Below are positions 57,371 to 61,188 of a stretch of 61,188 nucleotides of DNA, in pieces (position 1 is the stretch's first letter; every line of letters starts with the position of its first letter). The translations under genes were made by a program, and so were the position numbers. Source of the stretch: Parcubacteria group bacterium (lineage in GTDB: Bacteria > Patescibacteriota > Minisyncoccia > Portnoybacterales > UBA2143); NCBI GenBank assembly GCA_002685955.1, contig NYYU01000006.1, forward strand, positions 1-61,188, written 5' to 3'. Below the pieces are notes generated by a model. That model saw nothing but the letters and a program-made list of their open reading frames with translations, was not told the DNA's origin and made no database searches.

Positions 57371-57394
57371 AAATTTATTAAACCTCATTTCTGT

Positions 57395-57994
57395 TCAGTT
57401 ATAAATCTTTTCGGAAATTTTATTATCATGCTCAGCCATGCTTTGTAGTTTATAGTCTGGAAACAAATCTTTCAAATCCGTTTCTTTGAAAAATGAATCA
57501 ACCACTCCTTCTGTTTGCTTGTAGTTTAAATTTAATTTTTCTGTCTTCCTTAAAACTATTAAGTGAATCAACTCATGAGCGATAGTCTCATTTGCCTGCT
57601 TAATATCTAATTCGTTACTTATCCTTAAATCAATAATATTAGGATATTTAAATTGTCCTTCTGGGCCATACAAAGAAACATAACAAAGGTATTTGTCCTT
57701 TATTTTCTGATTGTGTTTTTTTAGAATACTAAAAAACTTGTCCTCAATTTTTTCCCAATTACTCTTCGCTGTTTTAACTTTCTCCTTATAATCCTCTTCT
57801 TTATATATCTTATTAAATTCTTTTTCTAGCTCTGTTTTAAATTCATTTTTGTTCTTGCTTTCCTGATATAGCTTTTTATAAAACTTAGGCAAAACAATAG
57901 GAAAATCATTATCAAGAAACCACTGGTATTCGGAGTGGATATTCAATAATCTTTGTATTTCTCTTGTTTTTGATGATAAAAAAGATAACCTCAT
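57395..57994 (-). CDS. HExxH-motif protein (putative zinc metallopeptidase), otherwise hypothetical
   Basis: IAHELIHLIV motif; Lys/Glu-rich. Confidence 0.45.
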   Translation of the reverse strand: MRLSFLSSKTREIQRLLNIHSEYQWFLDNDFPIVLPKFYKKLYQESKNKNEFKTELEKEFNKIYKEEDYKEKVKTAKSNWEKIEDKFFSILKKHNQKIKDKYLCYVSLYGPEGQFKYPNIIDLRISNELDIKQANETIAHELIHLIVLRKTEKLNLNYKQTEGVVDSFFKETDLKDLFPDYKLQSMAEHDNKISEKIYN

Positions 57995-58021
57995 AATTTT
58001 ATTATAACCATAATCTTAATA

Positions 58022-58068
58022 AATAAAAAGTGGCCAAGGAGATGTGATCTTTATTTTCCCCTTGGCCA
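58022..58068 (-). terminator. Rho-independent terminator of the RiPP cassette
   Basis: Minus strand: TGGCCAAGGGGA...TCTCCTTGGCCA stem followed by TTTTTATTT. Confidence 0.7.
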
Positions 58069-58076
58069 GTTGATGT

Positions 58077-58337
58077 TTATTCAAAGAGACCGGCTTCTTT
58101 AAGTTGTTCTGCGATAGAGATAACTTCATTCATCGGATCCTCCATGTTTGGAAATCTGTCTTTTGCGGCTTCTCCGATTTGCCTTATAGTTTTACCTCCT
58201 TCCATTTGGCCGGCAATAAAAGCGCCCGCTTCGTTGAAAGTCAGAACTCCTCTTGTTTCAAAGAAACCAATCCAGCTTTCAATGTCCTGCCTGATTTTAA
58301 ATCGGCAGCTTATCCTGGGTTTAAAGGATTCTTCCAT
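58077..58337 (-). CDS. PqqD-family peptide chaperone (RRE-like); start at MEESFKPR
   Basis: AAGGAGG lies 5 nt before the ATG at 58335-58337. The LTFNEAGAFIAGQMEGGKTIRQIGEAA...IAEQLKEAGLF pattern is PqqD-like. Confidence 0.65.
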   Translation of the reverse strand: MEESFKPRISCRFKIRQDIESWIGFFETRGVLTFNEAGAFIAGQMEGGKTIRQIGEAAKDRFPNMEDPMNEVISIAEQLKEAGLFE

Positions 58338-59337
58338 TTTGACCTCCTTGCGCAATAAATTCGTCCGGCGCATACATCCCACCGCCATATTGAGAAGCGG
58401 AACATCCTCCGCCACAGAAGCTATCGCACTTGCGGCATTTCTCCGGCAACCATTTTAGCGAACGGAAATGGGCCAATTTTTTGGTCCATATTTCAGTGAG
58501 TGGTGTTTCAAGAATATTGCCGTAACTGCCTTTAGCAATGGAGCAAGACCGAACATTGCCCATATGGTCTATATGGCCGAATCCCGTCCCCTGCCAACAT
58601 CCAATAACAAAGCCGTGATATTTCTCGGGCAAGAGACACAAGGGAAAAGCATCGCCCAAATTGGCCAAAACACCCAACTCTTCTCTGATACGCTCCATTT
58701 GGGAAAAAGCACTCAAGTAATCATCAAATGAAAGTCTGTTCTTCTCCCAATCAGACTTCGCTTTTCCGTAAGGCGTTAATCGGCCGGCGTTTATCTCATC
58801 TATGCCTACCCCATTCTCCCTGAGCCATTTACAGGTTTTAAACAGAAAAGGAAGATTTTCTTTCGTGAGAGTATAGAGAATTGATATACTCAATCCCCCT
58901 TCAAGACAAGACCGCACACCGCTTATCGCCGCTTCGAAAGAGCCCGGAACTTGAGTAATATTCTCATAAATAGATTCTGGACCATGCAGTGAAATAGCTC
59001 CGGTTTTAATCCGATGTTCTCTCATTTTCCGGACAACCTCCCTGTTTATATGTGTTCCGTTAGAAACGAAAGACAGGAAAAAATCCATGGAATCGGCAAT
59101 TTCTATCACTCTTGCCCACTCCGGATAGGTAAAAAATTCTCCACCGAAGAGACGAACCTCAAATACTTCCGCTCTTTTGAGTTCTTTGAGAATAGCGACG
59201 ACTTGATCGAAAGACGGATGTTCTACGCTGCTGCATCCCATTTCAGCGTTGAAGCAGAACTTGCAACTTAAATCGCACACTGGCGTCACCTCAAAATTAA
59301 CCGAAAGAGGAGACTTAAGAGTTACCAATTCGTTCAT
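58321..59337 (-). CDS. Radical SAM / SPASM-domain peptide maturase
   Basis: CDLSCKFC cluster, GGEFF, and C-terminal auxiliary-cluster cysteines (GCWQG..., SCS..., CRKCDSFCGGGCSAS). Confidence 0.88.
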   Translation of the reverse strand: MNELVTLKSPLSVNFEVTPVCDLSCKFCFNAEMGCSSVEHPSFDQVVAILKELKRAEVFEVRLFGGEFFTYPEWARVIEIADSMDFFLSFVSNGTHINREVVRKMREHRIKTGAISLHGPESIYENITQVPGSFEAAISGVRSCLEGGLSISILYTLTKENLPFLFKTCKWLRENGVGIDEINAGRLTPYGKAKSDWEKNRLSFDDYLSAFSQMERIREELGVLANLGDAFPLCLLPEKYHGFVIGCWQGTGFGHIDHMGNVRSCSIAKGSYGNILETPLTEIWTKKLAHFRSLKWLPEKCRKCDSFCGGGCSASQYGGGMYAPDEFIAQGGQNGRIL

Positions 59338-59366
59338 TTTGTTCCTCCATAATCTTAAATTAACAA

Positions 59367-59391
59367 GGGCGAAGATGTGTCATCTCCGCCC
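59367..59391 (-). promoter_or_regulatory. Intercistronic hairpin (attenuator/terminator-like) between precursor and maturase
   Basis: Minus strand: GGGCGGAGATG-ACA-CATCTTCGCCC (11 bp) followed by TTGTTAATTT. Confidence 0.55.
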
Positions 59392-59412
59392 TGTCCGGTT
59401 GTAGGCTTGCGC

Positions 59413-59529
59413 CTATTTGCAGCATTTGCAGGTGCATTCGCCCCGGCATTTCATGTCGGCCAGCCGCATCTTTTTGATTTTGGGTTGGCGGCCTCTCAGA
59501 ACGCTAAACTTCGCCACGGAAGCTTTCAC
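59413..59529 (-). CDS. Candidate RiPP precursor peptide, 38 aa: (M)KASVAKFSVLRGRQPKIKKMRLADMKCRGECTCKCCK
   Basis: Own codon-by-codon translation. GTG start lies 9 nt after GGAGG. 5 Cys occur in the last 11 residues. TAG stop at 59413-59415. Sits directly upstream of the maturase. Confidence 0.6.
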   Translation of the reverse strand: MKASVAKFSVLRGRQPKIKKMRLADMKCRGECTCKCCK

Positions 59530-59589
59530 GGTCACCACCTCCTTTCTGTGTATTTTTTTATGAAAAAACTGTTATCCTCCTTTGATTAT

Positions 59590-59619
59590 ATATTAGCTAT
59601 GATTTACCAAGTTTGTCAA
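59590..59619 (-). promoter_or_regulatory. Sigma70-like promoter of the RiPP cassette
   Basis: Minus strand: TTGACA, 18 nt spacer, TAATAT. Confidence 0.45.
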
Positions 59620-59634
59620 GGTTTAGTGGTATTA

Positions 59635-60679
59635 TCCACGCACATATTCAGCATGATACAATGAGAGCATATGAACAAAAAAAAGATATGCCCTCATTGC
59701 CAAGCAAATATGCGCGAGCAATGGATAAAATTACATTTGGAAAAGAAGATACCTATAACCGAGATAGCTGAGTTGTCCGGCTATCATCAGGATACTCTGT
59801 ATATTTGGAAAGCTAAATATCTAAAACATGGCCGAGAAGGGTTAATTCCTCAATCTAGAGCGCCTCATAGTCATCCTAATGAGTATACAAATGGAGTTAA
59901 GTCAAAGATTAAGCTTTTAAGGAAGCAGGGTCGGGGCATATGTGCAGATATTATCAAAATCAGATTAAAGAAAAGATATGATGTTAAAGCATCCAGATCA
60001 GGCGTAGCCGGCTTTCTCAAGAAAGAGGGATTAGTTAATCCTAAATTAAGTAGAAGAATTAAAAACAAGAAGAAAAGGGTTAAAAAGTGTAAAATACACG
60101 AACCAGGTCAGTTAATTCAGTTTGATGTTAAATATGCCTTTAAATCGTTTGCTGATGCATGGTTTTATCAGTATTCAAGTATTGATTACTTGACCGGTAT
60201 TGCCTATGGAGCTATCTATGAGATACAATCTAATTTAGAAGGAATATTATTTACTAATTCATTATTGAATTTCTATCCTTTTGAGATTAAAGGAATTCAG
60301 ACAGATAATCATGCTACATTTACTAATAGGTATGTAGGATATCTTAAGAGCTCTAATCCATTAAATCCAAGATTGCATCCCTTTGATCTTAATTGCCAAA
60401 AACTAGGTATTGAACACTACTTGATTGACAAGGGCAAGCCGGCCCAGAATGGTAAAGTTGAGAGATTCCATCGCACTTGCGAACAAGATTTCTATCAAAG
60501 AGAGATATTTAAAGATCTTAATTCGGCCCGAAAGAAGTTTAGAGACTTTCTTTACTATTACAACAATAATCGAGAGCATTTGGGACTTGACGGCTTAACT
60601 CCTTTAGAGAAACTTAAAACAATTACTGGATTTGAAAAAGTTAAATCATTAAATCCTTAATGCTGAATATCATCGTGGA
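59635..60679 (+). mobile_element. Intact IS element (rve/DDE transposase, IS481-like architecture)
   Basis: Imperfect 19-bp TIRs: TCCACGCACATATTCAGCA (59635-59653) versus the reverse complement of TGCTGAATATCATCGTGGA (60661-60679). A single transposase ORF lies between them. Confidence 0.8.
59671..60660 (+). CDS. Transposase, HTH + rve (DDE) integrase core
   Basis: Catalytic-core blocks (FDVKY, QTDNH, GKPAQNGKVERFHRT). Confidence 0.88.
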   Translation: MNKKKICPHCQANMREQWIKLHLEKKIPITEIAELSGYHQDTLYIWKAKYLKHGREGLIPQSRAPHSHPNEYTNGVKSKIKLLRKQGRGICADIIKIRLKKRYDVKASRSGVAGFLKKEGLVNPKLSRRIKNKKKRVKKCKIHEPGQLIQFDVKYAFKSFADAWFYQYSSIDYLTGIAYGAIYEIQSNLEGILFTNSLLNFYPFEIKGIQTDNHATFTNRYVGYLKSSNPLNPRLHPFDLNCQKLGIEHYLIDKGKPAQNGKVERFHRTCEQDFYQREIFKDLNSARKKFRDFLYYYNNNREHLGLDGLTPLEKLKTITGFEKVKSLNP

Positions 60680-60856
60680 CTATTCATTGCTCGCTTGGCA
60701 GGACAGCTTTCGAACCTTTAATTGGAGCAAAGCCTTGCCTATTCCAGAATTGATTTTGGGCCAGGCTAGACAATTATTGGCTCTTATCTAATATTTACCC
60801 TACCCCTCAACTCACTATATATTCCTTGGCTGGATGACGTTAGAACCTGTTTTAGA

Positions 60857-60899
60857 CAAAAAAAGACCGGCTGGAATTTATTGCTCCAGCAACGGTCTT
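60857..60899 (-). terminator. Rho-independent terminator after the edge-truncated gene
   Basis: Minus strand: AAGACCG..GCTGGA...TCCAGC-CGGTCTT stem followed by TTTTTTT. Confidence 0.65.
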
Positions 60900-60928
60900 A
60901 ATTCTTAAATGGCCCGGGCACGAATTTT

Positions 60929-61188
60929 TTAAAACTTATTTATCGTACCATCAGGCAGATACCTTTTAAGCAAACCTGCTCTTTTCATTTTAGTGCGAAT
61001 TTCGGTTGTTAACGATTCTGTTGTCGCCTTCTTTGACAAAAAACCATAAAAGATAGCGTCTCGCAAGACGTACCTATTAATCATCTCTTGTCTTACAAGC
61101 ACTGTCAGATCGTCCACATCTGCATTCCCGCCTAAAACACCTGTCGAAATCGCCATTTTCAGATAGCGACCATTGATCTCTTTTGATG
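60929..61188 (-). CDS. C-terminal part of a hypothetical protein; the frame is open to the window edge
   Basis: The frame continues upstream of the track's Met (SKEINGRYLK-MAISTG...). Confidence 0.4.
   Translation of the reverse strand, partial: SKEINGRYLKMAISTGVLGGNADVDDLTVLVRQEMINRYVLRDAIFYGFLSKKATTESLTTEIRTKMKRAGLLKRYLPDGTINKF

Noticed and set aside
57182-57388. 68-aa minus-strand ORF, and the N-terminal 57 codons of ORF 56764-57216.
   Set aside because: Both are composed of translated GC-rich hairpins (Pro/Gly/Arg-rich) with no RBS. They are kept only as possible toxin-gene debris in the findings.
59377-59664. 95-aa plus-strand ORF.
   Set aside because: It is antisense to the Cys-rich precursor ORF and the cassette promoter. 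The minus-strand reading has an RBS, operon logic and a terminator.
1-61188. Alternative genetic code (UGA recoding as in Gracilibacteria/Absconditabacteria).
   Set aside because: Long conserved genes are intact under the standard code, and TGA terminates ORFs at sensible lengths (for example the ligase-like gene at 6551).

Overview
This is a visibly AT-rich bacterial chromosome segment with small, tightly packed genes. It uses the standard code: TGA ends several long ORFs, so UGA recoding is rejected. All protein calls come from motif recognition by eye; no searches were run.

Gene content, roughly in order:
- 0-7.3 kb: a surface-glycan cluster (two GT4 glycosyltransferases, DUF4012, a radical SAM protein, an O-antigen-ligase-like protein and a Wzz-like protein).
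- 8-15 kb: dnaK/hsp20/grpE, corA, cysS, dnaB, recR.
- 15-21 kb: rplU, rmuC, a Ca2+ exchanger plus a P-type ATPase, lgt.
- 21-26 kb: tRNA-Glu and a partial dcw cluster (mraZ-rsmH-ftsL-ftsI-murF).
- 27-33 kb: rplJ-rplL, mltG, pcm, isoprenoid genes and uppS.
- 34.9-36.2 kb: a tRNA/rpmG cluster.
- 36-50 kb: tsf-rpsB, rpmE-prfA-trpS, mnmA, a decayed H+-PPase and a MacAB-like efflux operon.
- 50.4-61.2 kb: an accessory region.

The repertoire (DUF4012 glycan cluster, short EF-Ts, reduced metabolism) is consistent with a reduced-genome Patescibacteria/CPR-type organism, but that is an inference.

The accessory region contains:
- one intact and one internally deleted IS with rve-type transposases;
- frameshifted genes;
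- a MerR-GHKL plus STAS-like gene pair;
- an XRE regulator and an HExxH protein;
- a compositionally foreign three-gene radical-SAM RiPP cassette. This is the best candidate for a new system. Its 38-aa Cys-rich precursor is below the ORF-track size cutoff.

Other notable structure:
- a tRNA-like gene whose two halves flank an intact tRNA-Thr and carry GC-rich double hairpins in the D- and T-loops;
- several families of GC-rich palindromic repeats scattered in the AT-rich background;
- an N-terminally truncated RF1;
- a DnaA-box-like repeat array in the mraZ leader.
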